Below, in pieces: positions 38,614-52,542 of a DNA stretch of 64,000 bases. The notes under the pieces are model-generated. The model made no database searches and was not told the DNA's origin. It saw only the letters and a program-made list of their open reading frames with translations. Origin of the DNA: Octopus vulgaris (lineage: Eukaryota); assembly GCA_951406725.2 (NCBI GenBank), contig OX597835.1:44144001-44208000 (forward strand), in the 5' to 3' direction. The translations under genes and the position numbers were made by a program. How positions within the stretch are numbered: position 1 is the first letter of the stretch; each line of letters starts with the position of its first letter.

Positions 38614-38658
38614 GGCCAGAGTTCTTTCGTCACACTCCTGTGACTGCATCAGTGGTCC
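38614..38658 (-). ncRNA. Hammerhead ribozyme-like motif (left arm)
   Basis: GGACCA-CUGAUGCA-GUCACA-GGAG-UGUGAC-GAAA-G-AA-C-UC-UGGCC. Confidence 0.6.
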
Positions 38659-38765
38659 TTTGCTTTGTCCTTATGTTTATAAAGGGGGTGATAAGCACCT
38701 CCACCCAGCAAAGCCAGCAACCATAGTTAGTAAAGAGAGACACAAATAAGAAAGAAGAAAGCAAA

Positions 38766-38810
38766 GGACCACTGATGCGGTCACAGGAGTGTGACGAAAG
38801 AACTCTGGCC
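38766..38810 (+). ncRNA. Hammerhead ribozyme-like motif (right arm)
   Basis: GGACCA-CUGAUGCG-GUCACA-GGAG-UGUGAC-GAAA-G-AA-C-UC-UGGCC: 6-bp stem II, stem I GG(A)CCA/UGGCC, CUC triplet; core differs from CUGAUGA at A9. Confidence 0.6.
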
Positions 38811-39071
38811 GAAATAAGATTAAGATTAATGTAAAAAATGAATAACACTGAAGCAAAGTAACACCAAATATATAGTGCATGTGTTTTTATTGGCTAAACT
38901 GGCAAAATGACCATTCCAAAACACAACAATGTCTGTTTCAACACACGACTTCACATAAAAAATTTTGCACAACAAATATATAAACGTAATTTTATTATAT
39001 TCGTTATAAATATATTAATAGAAATAATATATTTCTAAATCTCTCAGAGAGATTTATTCTGTAGTTACACG

Positions 39072-39400
39072 TTAAAATGGTATTATGTTGTCAACTTAAT
39101 GTGATAGTCCCATGAAAGGGAAGAATACTACTGCTATTTAGCCCTAGGAAGCATTGCTTACTGTTGGCCTTGACACATTTCATGTGTCCTTATGTTTATA
39201 AAGGGGAGATAAGCACCTCCACCCAGCAAAGCCAGCAAACATAGACTAGTTTCTGAGTCATTGCTCGTCATCAGTCTGGAGTAGCATGGCTTGAAGGCTT
39301 GAAGGCTGAAAGGAAGAGGTACTTCCTAGGGCTAAATAGCTGTAATATTATTCCCTTTCATGGGACTGTCACATTAAGCTGACAACATACCACAATTTAA
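39072..39400. mobile_element. Fold-back insert 2 (arms ~80 bp) with hammerhead-like motif in the loop
   Basis: 39072-39151 is the reverse complement of 39322-39400 (gtcccatgaaaggg...gctatttagccctaggaag). Confidence 0.75.
39240..39279 (-). ncRNA. Hammerhead ribozyme-like motif
   Basis: CCAGA-CUGAUGA-CGAG-CAAUGA-CUCA-GAAA-CUAG-UC-UAUG: perfect core, palindromic ACUAGU stem III, GUC triplet; stems I and II carry mismatches. Confidence 0.6.
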
Positions 39401-40034
39401 TATATATTGTTTCCTGTAGAAATTATTATTCCTAAGAAACAGTACCAGTCCCTGGCACACTGGAATAAAAAAACAACTGCCGGTATGCCACGTTAGATAG
39501 GTTGAGAAGCACTGCTCTAAGATACACCTATTCCTGAAAAAGTGACAAAAAAAACGAGACTCCAAAATTATGAATCTGTGTTGGTCACAGTGGGATGAAT
39601 GCAATCATAGGTTGCTCGGATCCAATTTGATATGGGGAGAAACAATATAAGCAGCATAGAGTGACACGAATCAACGTGGGATCCGGAACGCAGTCAACTG
39701 ACGTTTTAGAAACAGCAGCCAAAATGCTCGAGGTTGAAATACTGAAGGAAATTCTGAAGAAGATTCTGAAGGAAAGCAAGGTAACATTGCGTTAATATAG
39801 GGCCGTGGTGTATGTGTGCACGTATGCATGCACGTATGTATGTATGTATGTATGTATGTATGTATGTATGTATGTATGTATGTATGTATGTATGTATGCA
39901 TGTATGTATGTATGCATGTATGTATGTATGCATGTATGATTGTATATATATACATAGATATATAGATATATACACAGGCACACACTTATGAATACAGATG
40001 CACACACACACATATATACATATACGTTTATATA

Positions 40035-40265
40035 TAACGGGAATGTTTACGAAAATAAACAAAAGACGAAGGCAGGTGGAGTACAAACAAACAAATGTAT
40101 TAGTATGGCGCTCAGGAATAGAAATAGAACAAGTCTTTTACGTTTCGAGCCTACGCTCTTCAACAGAAAGATACACAGAAAAAAAAAATAAGGAGAGAAA
40201 CAAGGAGAGAAAAAAATGCGTGTAGGAGCAAACGATCTATCATGGCGTCCTGATTTCGGACGTTT
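40035..40265 (-). mobile_element. Family E short repeat with hammerhead-like motif
   Basis: Minus strand tcttt-CTGTTGA-A-GAGC-GTAG-GCTC-GAAA-CG-TA-AAAGA. Confidence 0.7.
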
Positions 40266-40267
40266 AC

Positions 40268-40547
<280 letters not shown>

Positions 40548-40657
40548 GTGTGCATGCACAGCAGAGTCCAAGGTGAATCTGCGCCAAGCAGCTTCACTCT
40601 TCATGCTTTAGCTTCGTTAGTATGCCAACAGCCCGGATACTTACTGATCAGATCTCG

Positions 40658-40706
<49 letters not shown>

Positions 40707-40937
40707 TTACAACTAAAATTAAGGGTGTCTGAGAGACACCACCATGCCGAGAGACACCACCATGTCAAATCCCTGACTCTAAAAACTACCTTAAATGTTC
40801 ATATCGCACCATGAGATAAGACAGAGGGACAAAATAGACTAGCAAAAAGATTTAGTTGTAAAAAATTATTACCTTTGTATGGTATTTTTCCCATGCTGGC
40901 CACTTGATAATATCGATATTATCCTTATTTATAAATT

Positions 40938-41056
<119 letters not shown>

Positions 41057-41094
41057 TTTGTGTGTGTGTGCGCGCATACTCACAGCGTTGATTT

Positions 41095-41642
41095 CCAAAC
41101 AACGTTTGGTTTGTTTAGTCAGACCGTGCTCTGCTTGTCCGAGTGTTTGTCATCCTTTTCGGTTGAGGTATCTCAAAAAACCGAGATACGTGGACTTATG
41201 AACTTGATTGACGGGGGTCTCCGCTGATGTTGCGGATAGATCCTTGTTGATAGTGAGCGATGAACTTGGCTTTACTAGGATTAACAAGTAATCTAACATA
41301 ATGTGCAGCTAATTCTAGACTATGAAGTTATTGGCTGGAGATCGATATTTTATCAGCAGCTTAGCTAAATCAAGAACGTTGTCTACACCGGTTGTTTCGT
41401 GCTGGATGTTCGATCTATGTTCCTTTCGCAAGTATGAAACCTAGGGGTTTCAATTCTCAAGTGATGTTATGAAGACATAATCCAAAGCTATCACAAAGGT
41501 GTCAGTGTGTCATCCTGGAGTACTCAGGCTTTAACTTCAAAGAAACTTGTACCTTTGTCTGGGTAACTTACCATTGATTTGGTGTAGTTATAAAGAATGA
41601 TAATTACTGCTGTGGTTTCCTCAGGAATACCACATACCAGAG
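41095..41642 (-). pseudogene. RTE-group LINE reverse-transcriptase fragment (second family)
   Basis: Minus strand CGIPEETTAVIIILYNYTKSMVSYPDKGTSFFEVKA*VLQDDTLTP../VIALDYV resembles YGIP...SPDGDTxFFxIxAGVLQGDTLAP; later TYLG motif. Confidence 0.75.
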
Positions 41643-41908
41643 TTATTTGAATACTACTGGCACCAGCAAGTCGTCTGAAGATAACATATGTATTAATATA
41701 CAGTGTGTGATTCCCTGAATCTCTCTCTCAACTAATGCGGGACCAAGACACGGATGGTGTGCGCGGATTAAAAATGTCCGACCAAGCTCGACTAGATTAT
41801 GACGATGACACACACGCACACACACGCGCACGAGCACATATACACCTAAAATCAGCACACACGCGTGCACACACACGCACACACATACACACACACACAC
41901 ACTCACAG

Positions 41909-41942
<34 letters not shown>

Positions 41943-42194
41943 GTGTAAAGAACGTGACAGAAAGCGACACACACAGATAGAAAGGAGCAATGATCACTCA
42001 ATTCTGATGTTAGAGTATATTCGAAGAACATAATAGACATACAGACTCATATAAAAAGATAGACATGTAAACAACCATAAATATACGCAAGATTACGTTG
42101 TAACATATATGGCTTCATCAACAGTATCCTCGCCATGTGTTTGTGTGAGTGTGTGTGTATGTATATATATCACCATGATTAACGGCAAGCCAAT

Positions 42195-42365
42195 AAAGCT
42201 TTTTTATATTCTCTCTCTGCTTATTTTCTTGTGTTCCTTTCTGTTGAAGAGCGTAGGCTCGAAACGTAAAAGTCTTTCTCACCTCCCGAGCGTTAAACTA
42301 ATATACCTGTTCGTTGTTTACACACCTGTCTTGGTCTGTCGATTTTTTGTGAATTCCAACTATAT
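42195..42365 (+). mobile_element. Family E short repeat with hammerhead-like motif
   Basis: ccttt-CTGTTGA-A-GAGC-GTAG-GCTC-GAAA-CG-TA-AAAG at 42236-42272. Confidence 0.7.
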
Positions 42366-42383
42366 GTATATGTACCCCCCACA

Positions 42384-42434
<51 letters not shown>

Positions 42435-42438
<4 letters not shown>

Positions 42439-43524
42439 GTCATCCAATAAGTTCTGTCCGATTTTACCTTTTTTAGAATTGAATGAACTTTAATTGCATT
42501 TTGGGATGTCTAATTGAATTAAAAATTACTTTTATGCATTTGTGTACATTTAAACTAATCAAATATTATTTTAGAGGATAATAGAATTAAAATTTCTTTG
42601 GTTAAAACCCTTTCTAACATGGAAGTATCCAAAGAGCATTTAAGGCACATAATGCTTTATGAGTAAAAGAAAGTCTGCAGCCGAAGCGACTCGAAACATA
42701 CACTCAGTTTATGGGAAAGAATGCTTGAATGAAAGAATTTGCAAAAGATGGTTTGCAAAATTTAGAAGTGGAGATTTAAGCCTTCAAGATGAAAATAAAA
42801 CAGGACGTCCAGTTGAGTTTGATGATAAGCTCCTTGAGGCATCACTTGAAAATTTTGCATTATCAGTTGAAGAATTGGTAATAAAGTTTAGTTCAAACCA
42901 TACAACTGAAAGGTTCCTAAACTTGGAAAATGGGTGTCTCATGAATTGTCCGAAAGCAACCGCAAATCCTGAGTTGATATCTGCTCTTCTCTCCATTCTC
43001 ACAAACTCATTTCACCCATTTTGGATAGACTTGTGACTGGTGGCGTAAAATGGATCTTCTATCGAAATGTTAAACGTCGTAAATAGTGGCTTGGTAAAAG
43101 AGAAAAAGCTCAACCTCAACCGAGAAGGGAACTTCATGGGAAAAAGTTTCTTCTCTATATCTGATGGGATTGCAAGGGAGTAATTCACTTTGAATTGTTA
43201 CCAACTAATGCAAAAATCAATGCTTAAGTCCACTGTCAGCAATTAAAGCATTTGAACCAAGCTTTGAAGAAAAAAGACCCGCTTTAGTGAATCGAAAAGT
43301 AATGATGTTTCCTCAGGACAATGCACTACCCCACATTGCAAAGGTCACAACAAAGAAGATCGAAGAGCAAGGGTGGGAAAAAATTCCGACCTTCCTCCTT
43401 CAGACTACCATTTGTTTCGTAGTTTACAGAATCATTAGGGGGACATGACTTTCGCAAACCAAGGGGAGGTCGAAACTGACATTTCAGAGTTCTTCGCTTT
43501 GAAGCCAAAAGAGTTTTACATTGA
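42435..43524 (+). mobile_element. Mariner transposon, decayed, 3' end lost into a microsatellite
   Basis: TA plus TIR-like tcaggtcatccaataagttctgtccg at the left end; transposase remnant follows; no right TIR seen. Confidence 0.85.
42619..43524 (+). pseudogene. Mariner DD34D-type transposase pseudogene
   Basis: MEVSKEHLRHIMLYE*..KSAAEATRNIHSVYG..WFAKFRSGD..GRP; GKWVSHEL (WVPHEL); LVTGGVKW (TGDEKW); QDNALPH; PSDYHLFRSLQNH; multiple stops and frameshifts. Confidence 0.9.
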
Positions 43525-43529
43525 TATAC

Positions 43530-43621
<92 letters not shown>

Positions 43622-43664
43622 GCACATATATAAATATACATATTTATGTATATATATATATAAT

Positions 43665-43699
<35 letters not shown>

Positions 43700-43808
43700 A
43701 CAGGCATATATATATATACAGAGAGAGGGAGAGAAATTGACAGAAAAGGAGAGCCATATATATTATAAACAAATAAGACCCATACTCACACACACATACG
43801 TATGTATG

Positions 43809-43865
<57 letters not shown>

Positions 43866-43947
43866 ATATAAATATATATTTACCTTCTCATAACTTTCCA
43901 CTACAAACCAATACCAAATATGCATACATACATACATATATACATAC

Positions 43948-43992
<45 letters not shown>

Positions 43993-44414
43993 TATATGTG
44001 TGTGTGTGTGTCTGTGTGTATGTATTAAGAGACAATATATTTATCCTTTTAATATACATATTATTAATTTCTTTATTTCCATTTCCTTTTCTCTCTCTTA
44101 TTCACTTATCAATTGTGTCTTATAAATTTTTTCCTATATATATTTTTTTTCCGTTGCCACTTTTCCACTTTTAACGTAACATTTCAGAACGAGGCCGACC
44201 TTCCGTCTCGTCGATTTCCTTCACCATTCCACCAACATCTCTCCCGCCATTTCATCTTTTCTTTTTCTTGCCGTTTTTGCTGTTGTTGTTGCAGTTATTT
44301 CCCCTTATTTGTTTTGCGTTTATGGCTTCCCATTGAATGGGACCAATTATATCATCTCTGATCGATATCGATCTATTTATTCACTCACTTATCCGCTCGA
44401 TACAGCAGTGGTCA

Positions 44415-44441
44415 GACATATATATATATATATAAATATGC

Positions 44442-44478
<37 letters not shown>

Positions 44479-44832
44479 CATACACACACACATATATATA
44501 TATATGTATAAGTATATATAAATTTGTATATACATACATATATATGTGTGAGTGTGTGTATATATGTATGCATGTATATGCGTCCGTGTTTCTCCCAGAA
44601 TTTGTATTTACCTCTGTGTGTGTGTGTATGTGATATGTATGTTCGTATATACATACAAACAAATATATATGTGTATATGTATGTGTGTATATATATATAA
44701 ATATATATATATATAAACATATATATATATATGTACACGTACATATATATATATATATACATACATGCATATATATATATATATATTTATATTTATATGT
44801 ATATATATATATATTATATATATACATAGATG

Positions 44833-44868
<36 letters not shown>

Positions 44869-44873
44869 ACATA

Positions 44874-44925
<52 letters not shown>

Positions 44926-44942
44926 TGTATATATATATATAA
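44415..44942. repeat. TA/CA-rich microsatellite cluster
   Basis: Direct reading. Confidence 0.9.
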
Positions 44943-45273
44943 TCACATACGCATATGTAGAAGTGTATATAGCTAAATGTACTCATCTATAAGTGCCTAT
45001 CATTATATATACATTTAATGATGTATGTTTATATACAGCAGCCAATCATCCTTGTCTAGACGGAAGACAAAACCCAAAAGATACGAAGGAGACAATGTAA
45101 GCACTGAGTGGTAAATTGAAACTGAAATTTCATAATTTAGATTTTTTTATGGAAACACACTTATACATAGACACTCATACACACGAGACACACTCTCTCA
45201 AGTGTATATGTGCAATATATCTCAGAGATATATACGCCTACATACGTTTACACATATAGTATGTGTGCATGTA

Positions 45274-45356
<83 letters not shown>

Positions 45357-45677
45357 GTATATGTGTGTATATATATACATGTATGTATATGTGTATATAT
45401 GTAGGTATTTTCATTTCACTTTCCCTCTTCGTATATATCTGCTCACACGCGAACACGAGGGCGCAAGGAAAAGCTTATGCCTAGGTCCGCAAGCTAAAAG
45501 ACATATTTTTTATTACATTCACTCACCACCAAACATATTTTTACTAACAACTATACACGAAAATGCTCTTGTGTACGTACATATATATATGTGTGTGAGT
45601 GTGTGTGTGTGTGTAGAAATATTGATGTATATTCATATTGAGACATGTATACGTATATAAGTTTGTGTGCATATATA

Positions 45678-45709
<32 letters not shown>

Positions 45710-45739
45710 GTATATGTATATGTATATATATATATATGC

Positions 45740-45795
<56 letters not shown>

Positions 45796-45985
45796 GTATA
45801 TATAATTACAATTTCTAAGACATATTTGAAGCCTAATTCTTTCATAAATTCTTTTTTCGTTCTGCTTTGAAAAGAAAAGATCAGAGAAAAGCAAATGTCT
45901 CTCACAACATTGAATAGCTTTAATAACAACAAAAATAGTTTTCTTATATAATCAGAACATCCGATCGCATGGGACTACTCTATTG

Positions 45986-46833
<848 letters not shown>

Positions 46834-47119
46834 AGTTCTAACAATGTCTTACTTCGATACTGATGACAATTACATACAATTCATTCTTACTTATAAACAT
46901 GAAACTTAAAAAATGGTGACTTAGAAAGCTGCATCGGTTGCGACAAACAATTTATATAAGAACGGGTGTTTTGGGATATTTATTTGATAGATGTGCGTGG
47001 AAGAAAAATAAAAATAGTTTTATGAAAAGTGAAGGAATTGCTTGAATATTTTTCCATAGAAAAATTAAACGATTATAGAAATCATAATAAAGAGAAAACA
47101 TTTCTCTGAGTAATTTTTT

Positions 47120-47315
47120 ATAGGCCAAGAATTTTGAGGGGGAAAAAAACGATTACATTGACGCCAATTCATGACTGGTACATTATTACTGTGAACTCGA
47201 AAGGATGAAGGGCGGATTAGCCTTCACCAGGTTTGGACTCAGAATGTAAAATGCCGGAGGAAATACCGCCAACAGCTTTTCCGAACGTTTTAAAAAGTTA
47301 GCCAGCTGTCTGCCA
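47120..47315 (-). mobile_element. SINE family C, old copy
   Basis: cgattacattgac...ctggtac...gaaaggatgaagggc...ggactcagaatgt...gccagct. Confidence 0.6.
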
Positions 47316-47488
47316 TATTGCTTTAAATAAACCTTAGAAGACGTCATAGCTACTCGTGAAACTTTAATTCACCGTTTCTGTTATTTCACTAATTGTTCAC
47401 AATATCCCTCATGTGCTGGCCTTGTGCCAAAATTTGAAACCGATATCCCTCATCTACGTTGTTGCTAACTATAATTTGACTTTGAAAA

Positions 47489-47886
47489 GCGGCGAGCTGG
47501 CAGAATCGTTAACACTCCGGGCGAAATGCTTAGCGTATTTCGTCTGCCGTCACGATCTGAGTTCAAATTCCGCCGAGGTCGACTTTACCTTTCATCCTTT
47601 CGGGGTCGATAAATTAAATACCAGCTACGCACTGGGGTCGATATAACCGACTTAATCCGTTTGTCTGTCCTTGTTTGTCCTCTCTGTGTTTAGCCCCTTG
47701 TGGGTAATAAAGAAATAGGTATTTCGTCTGCCGCTATGTCGTGAGTTCAAATTCCACTGAGGTCTACTTTGCCTTTCATCTCTTCGGAGTCGATTAATTA
47801 AATACCAGTTGCGTACTGTAGTCAATTTAATCGAATGGCCTTCTTCCCAAAAGTCTCTGGCCGTGTGCCTAAAGTAGAAAAGAATA
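47489..47886 (+). mobile_element. SINE family C, dimeric
   Basis: gcggcgagctggcagaatcgttaac...; second core from ~47719; ends ggccgtgtgcctaaagtagaaaagaat. Confidence 0.88.
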
Positions 47887-49205
47887 ATTTCACTGTGATC
47901 CTCGTGCTAAATGGTTGAAAACATTGCAGAACCATTGTATGAGTCAGTGTGTGATATACGAACCCCACCAACGTATTTGCCTCGTATTGAGTGCTTAAAT
48001 GAAATCTTACAAAGGTATTAGCTTGGAATTTGGTCTAATGGCTTCAAAGACGACAGAAAGAAATCGTTGTTCATCATAAGTAGGTGACTATTTTACCTTA
48101 AAAAAAATATGTGGTATATATATATATATGCATTTGTTTTTGGTACAAACTATTGCTTTCTTGTTGGTGTCTTGTTGGTTAATTCATTTATATTAAAGAT
48201 TTATTTGTTGTTGCAAGCAATATTCATAACTACTACTTTGTTCGCACTTTCTATTTTTGGCAAAGAAAACTTTTGAAATGCATTCGTTGTTGTTGTTATT
48301 GTTGTTGTTGTTGTTGAGCGAATCGTTAATTCCTCGACATTCAGTAACATGTTCCGTTGATGTGGTTTTGAAGCTTTACACAATTAACTCTTCACAATGA
48401 TTGTCTTCTTCGTTTAATAAGCCGAGAAAATCTAAAAGGAATTTGGCACTCGCCTTTTTTGAGTTAATTGCTAACGAATTAAAACAAAAAAAAATAAATA
48501 AATAAATAAAATGTAGGAAAATCTTTATATTTTATAATTCATAACTGAACTGCGCGGCAAGAAACAAGAAGAACAAGAAGAATAAAAGAAAAAAACAAGA
48601 AGAGGTAAAGATAAAAGACAAATGAATAAAGCTAAATTGGAATAAATTGAAATAATTTCTTTCATTTAACACAGGTGAACAGGATGAATGGGATAGCACA
48701 AGAATCAATTAGTAAAACGGTTCAGTTTCAAGTGGAATCGATTATGAAGAGATAAAAGAGAAAAATTAACCCATCCACCACCACGAAAATATATACAAGC
48801 ATGAAAAGCAGAAGAATAAAAAAGGGATGAGATGTAAAATAGTCACAGAGAGAGAGAGAGGGGAAACAGTTTAGGATTTTCATAGGTACAAGTTTACTTC
48901 TTACAGACATGTGTCTAAGCCACTTATGTTTCCAGCCTACAAATAAGGACCAAGGTCATTCATTCAAACGCCTCTTGCCGCCATATTTCAGCATCTTCAT
49001 TCGAGAGTAATACATCTGTTTCTCCACTCACTCATCAATTGATGAGATTTTAATCTCAAAAGGAATTAATTATCGTAAGTTCTTTCAATATTCTTTCAAT
49101 ATTCTTTCCTTTTATTCGGCATTACAAAAAGATTAAAATAAGGATTCTTCACAGTTGAGCATATATTTCGTAGTGCAGAATGGAATATTAGCTTTATCTT
49201 GTCAA

Positions 49206-49502
49206 ATATTCCTTTGTACTCTAGGCACACGGCCCGAGATTTTGGGGGAGTGGGCCAGTGGATTAGATCAACCCCAGTATACAACTGGTACTTAATTTAT
49301 CAACTCCGAAAGGATGAAAGGCAAAGTCAGCCTCGGCGGAATTTGAACTCAGAACGTAACGGCCGACGAAATACCTATTTCTTTACTACCCACAAGGAGC
49401 TAAACACAGAGGGGACAAACAAGGACAGACAAACGTAAAGACAAACGAAATGCCGCTAAGCATTTCACCCGGCGTACAAACGTTTCTGGCAGGTGGCCGC
49501 CT
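49206..49502 (-). mobile_element. SINE family C, dimeric form with first core deleted
   Basis: Head joined directly to the tgtctgtccttgtttgtcccc linker, then an intact second core. Confidence 0.85.
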
Positions 49503-50062
49503 TTTTTTATCTGGTCGAATATTAATTGAAAAATGGAAGAATGTTTTTGAAATCAAGGGCTTTCTAAAAACATCAAGCAAAGAAATTTTATACGGTTTTT
49601 GTGAAATTGAATAGAATTTAATTGATGAAAGGGCAATACCTTTTTTTTTAAAATAAAGAGTAAAGATACTAAATAAAATAATTATCAAACAGCTTGGATT
49701 GATTACAGTTGAAATGTCACGGTATCAATAACTATACAGAAAGAAATTTATATGATATATAAGATTAATCTCGACGTCTGACCCTGCATTGAATCCTTCA
49801 AGCAAAAGAGATTGTCATTTCGGAAGCAATTTTTATGAGTGATTGTTGTATTCTAAGCACTTTGAGAAAGGATATTCTCATTTCATGTGGGTCCATTCTA
49901 CTCAGCTCTAAAGAATTGAAAGAGATTTTGTTTCCCTTCAGTCGTCACATGTTCCATTGTTCTATTGGGTCAGGTGTGGAAAAGCCGAGAAGGCATCTGT
50001 CTCTGCTGTTGGCTACATATGCACCTAAAACCTTTAGTGAATTCAAAAAATTAAATTCCCTA

Positions 50063-50387
50063 TTCGAGGCTCGGACACCAGATATTGTTGTGGTAGATAA
50101 TGGAAAAAAGGAAACCAAGGTTATAGATATTGCAATATTTGGAGATGCTCGCATAAGTGACAAAGAATTAGAAGAGATTGAAAAGTAGAGACTACTAAAA
50201 GACGAAATTGCAAGCATGTTGATTATAAGGAGAGTATTTGTCATTCCAGTAGGGCCACTCGGAGCACTGCGAACCAAATTTCGAGAAATATGTCAAAGAA
50301 ATCGGAATTGACACGAGAGCAGAGCAAACTCCAAAACCTGCTTTGTTGGGGACAGCTAGGGTTTTGAGATTGGTACTTGGATTTTGA
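50063..50387 (+). pseudogene. R4/Dong-type restriction-like endonuclease C-terminus
   Basis: RTPDIVVVDNGKKETKVIDIAIFGDARISDKELEEIEK*..IPVGPLGAL../..ALLGTARVLRLVL: the PD..D..K signature of RLE non-LTR elements. Confidence 0.85.
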
Positions 50388-50555
50388 ATGTCTCCCACGA
50401 TAATTAACAACCAAGCATCAGAGCTTACAATGTGCGGAAGGAGACCCTGGGAGATCAAAAAAAGTCTGAACGTTCTGAGAAGTACAACAACAACAGCAGC
50501 AGTAGCAGCAGCAAGGATAACAACAACAGCAACAACAACAACAATAATAATAATA

Positions 50556-50973
50556 TCGGCTTCAAATTTTGGCGTAAATCCAGCAATTCCGGATAAGGGG
50601 ACAACTCAAATATATCGATTCCCCTGCTTAACTGGTACTTATTTTTTTGGACCCCGAGGGATGAAATACAAAATAGACTTCGGTGGCATTTGAACTCAGA
50701 ACGTAAATACGGACGAAGTATCGCTAAGCATTTTTGGGTGGCGCAATAACGATTTTACCAGTTCGCCGCCTTAGGTGTTGGTTTCCAAATTTTGGTAGAA
50801 GGCCAGAAATTTCGAGGGAGGAGGATAAATCGATTAGATGGATCCCACTTTTCAACTGGTTCTTATCCTACCTTTACCTTGAATGGGATGAAAGGCTAAG
50901 TCGAATTTGAACCCAGGACGAACGAAATGCCGCTAAGCATTTCGCCCGGCATGCTAACGATTCTGCCAGCTCG
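50556..50973 (-). mobile_element. Two adjacent SINE family C copies
   Basis: 50556-50772 and 50778-50973, each ending in ...ccag(t/c)tcg. Confidence 0.75.
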
Positions 50974-50980
50974 TAGCTTT

Positions 50981-51013
50981 AAAGAAGAAGAAGAAGAAAA
51001 AGAAGAAGAGGAG

Positions 51014-51095
<82 letters not shown>

Positions 51096-51256
51096 AGGAG
51101 GAAGAAGAAGAAAAAGAAGAAGAGGAGGAAGAATAAGAATAAGAATAAGAATAAGACGAATAAGAAAAGGAATAATAAGAATAATATTAAGAAGCATAGG
51201 AATAAGAAGAAGCAGAAGAAAAAGAAGAAGAAGAAGAAGAAGAAGAATGAGAAAAG

Positions 51257-51329
<73 letters not shown>

Positions 51330-51400
51330 CATAGGAATAAGAAGAAAAGAAGAAGAGGATAAAGAAAAAGGAAAAGAAGAAGAACAACAACAACAACATC
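50981..51400. repeat. (AAG)/(AAT) compound microsatellite
   Basis: Direct reading. Confidence 0.95.
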
Positions 51401-51829
51401 ACCGCCGAAACATTAGCCGTGTTTCAGATGATGATAGTGTTAGGGCGTGGTGAGAAGTAGGATATGGAAATAGGCAAAAATAATAATTCCGATCTTTACT
51501 TTATAAAAATATAAAAAAAATAAAGAAGAACGTGGGAAAAATCATCGAGATATGGTAATAAAAAATTGTTAAAAATTTCCCCCAAAAAGAAAACCAGAAA
51601 ATCGAAGAGCTGCTATGACTACGAAAAAGCATAAAATTGTCACGTGGTTTAGTTTTGGCAAAAAACAAACCAATGTATGTCATTTGATACAGTTGATGGT
51701 GGAGTGTTTTTGCCAAAGTTACGAGTTTTATGCACTACTGGTAACTGTGCCAAATAAATGTTTCCAAATATCTCTTGAATATTGCATTATTACTGTTGTT
51801 GTTGCTTCCAATATCACACATATGAATGC

Positions 51830-51835
51830 ATACAT

Positions 51836-51904
<69 letters not shown>

Positions 51905-51940
51905 TATATATATATATATGTATATATATATATGTATATA

Positions 51941-51973
<33 letters not shown>

Positions 51974-52048
51974 CTACATATATATCTATAGATATATAGA
52001 TATAGATATATATATGTATATATATATACATATATATATATCTATATA

Positions 52049-52122
<74 letters not shown>

Positions 52123-52138
52123 TATCTATATCTATATA

Positions 52139-52229
<91 letters not shown>

Positions 52230-52230
52230 G
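51830..52230. repeat. (TA)n/(CA)n microsatellite
   Basis: Direct reading. Confidence 0.9.
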
Positions 52231-52542
52231 CATATTTCCGTGTGTGTGCGTGTGCACACACGAACAGATACTTACAGATATGTATACACAATTTAGAAAT
52301 AAAATACTCGATACATTTAGCAGAGTATATTTATTCGTTCAAAGACTATGATTCACTCGAAAATGGTTTTTCAAAATGGGTCGCTTCCTCCGCCCGCCCC
52401 ACCATGTAGCTTCCAGCCTAAGGGGTTTTGGATGCCATGGCTACAAAGAACACCATGGAAACACTATCATATCATAGGTTAAACTCGATTAGGAAGTGTT
52501 TTGCAGCGATTCCATAAGAACAGATAACGGGAGCGAAACTAA

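Larger units (their letters stand above)
38494..38989 (+). mobile_element. Fold-back insert 1 (putative non-autonomous Penelope-like element with inverted partial repeat)
   Basis: 13-bp direct repeat ttttattatattc on both flanks (38481-38493, 38990-39002); arms ~38495-38666 and ~38758-38930 are reverse complements, each with a hammerhead-like motif. Confidence 0.75.
38302..39514. mobile_element. hAT (Charlie-like) non-autonomous element hosting two fold-back inserts
   Basis: TIRs cagtgctactcaa / ttgagaagcactg; 8-bp TSD gtctaaga (38294-38301) vs ctctaaga (39515-39522), 7/8 match; GC-rich subterminal ccggt motifs at both ends. Confidence 0.8.

Noticed and set aside
39710-39780. Possible 71-nt host exon (ttttag...AAG|gtaac; TAAKMLEVEILKEILKKILKESK)
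   Set aside because: Weak polypyrimidine tract, no recognisable homology and no partner exons; cannot be supported without RNA-seq.
40731-40766. 18-bp tandem duplication gagagacaccaccatg (similar short duplications at 13620-13656 and 11597-11635)
   Set aside because: Two-copy local slippage duplications with no further structure.
42659-43036. Functional SETMAR-like or active transposase gene
   Set aside because: No SET domain; in-frame stops, frameshifts and a lost catalytic residue.
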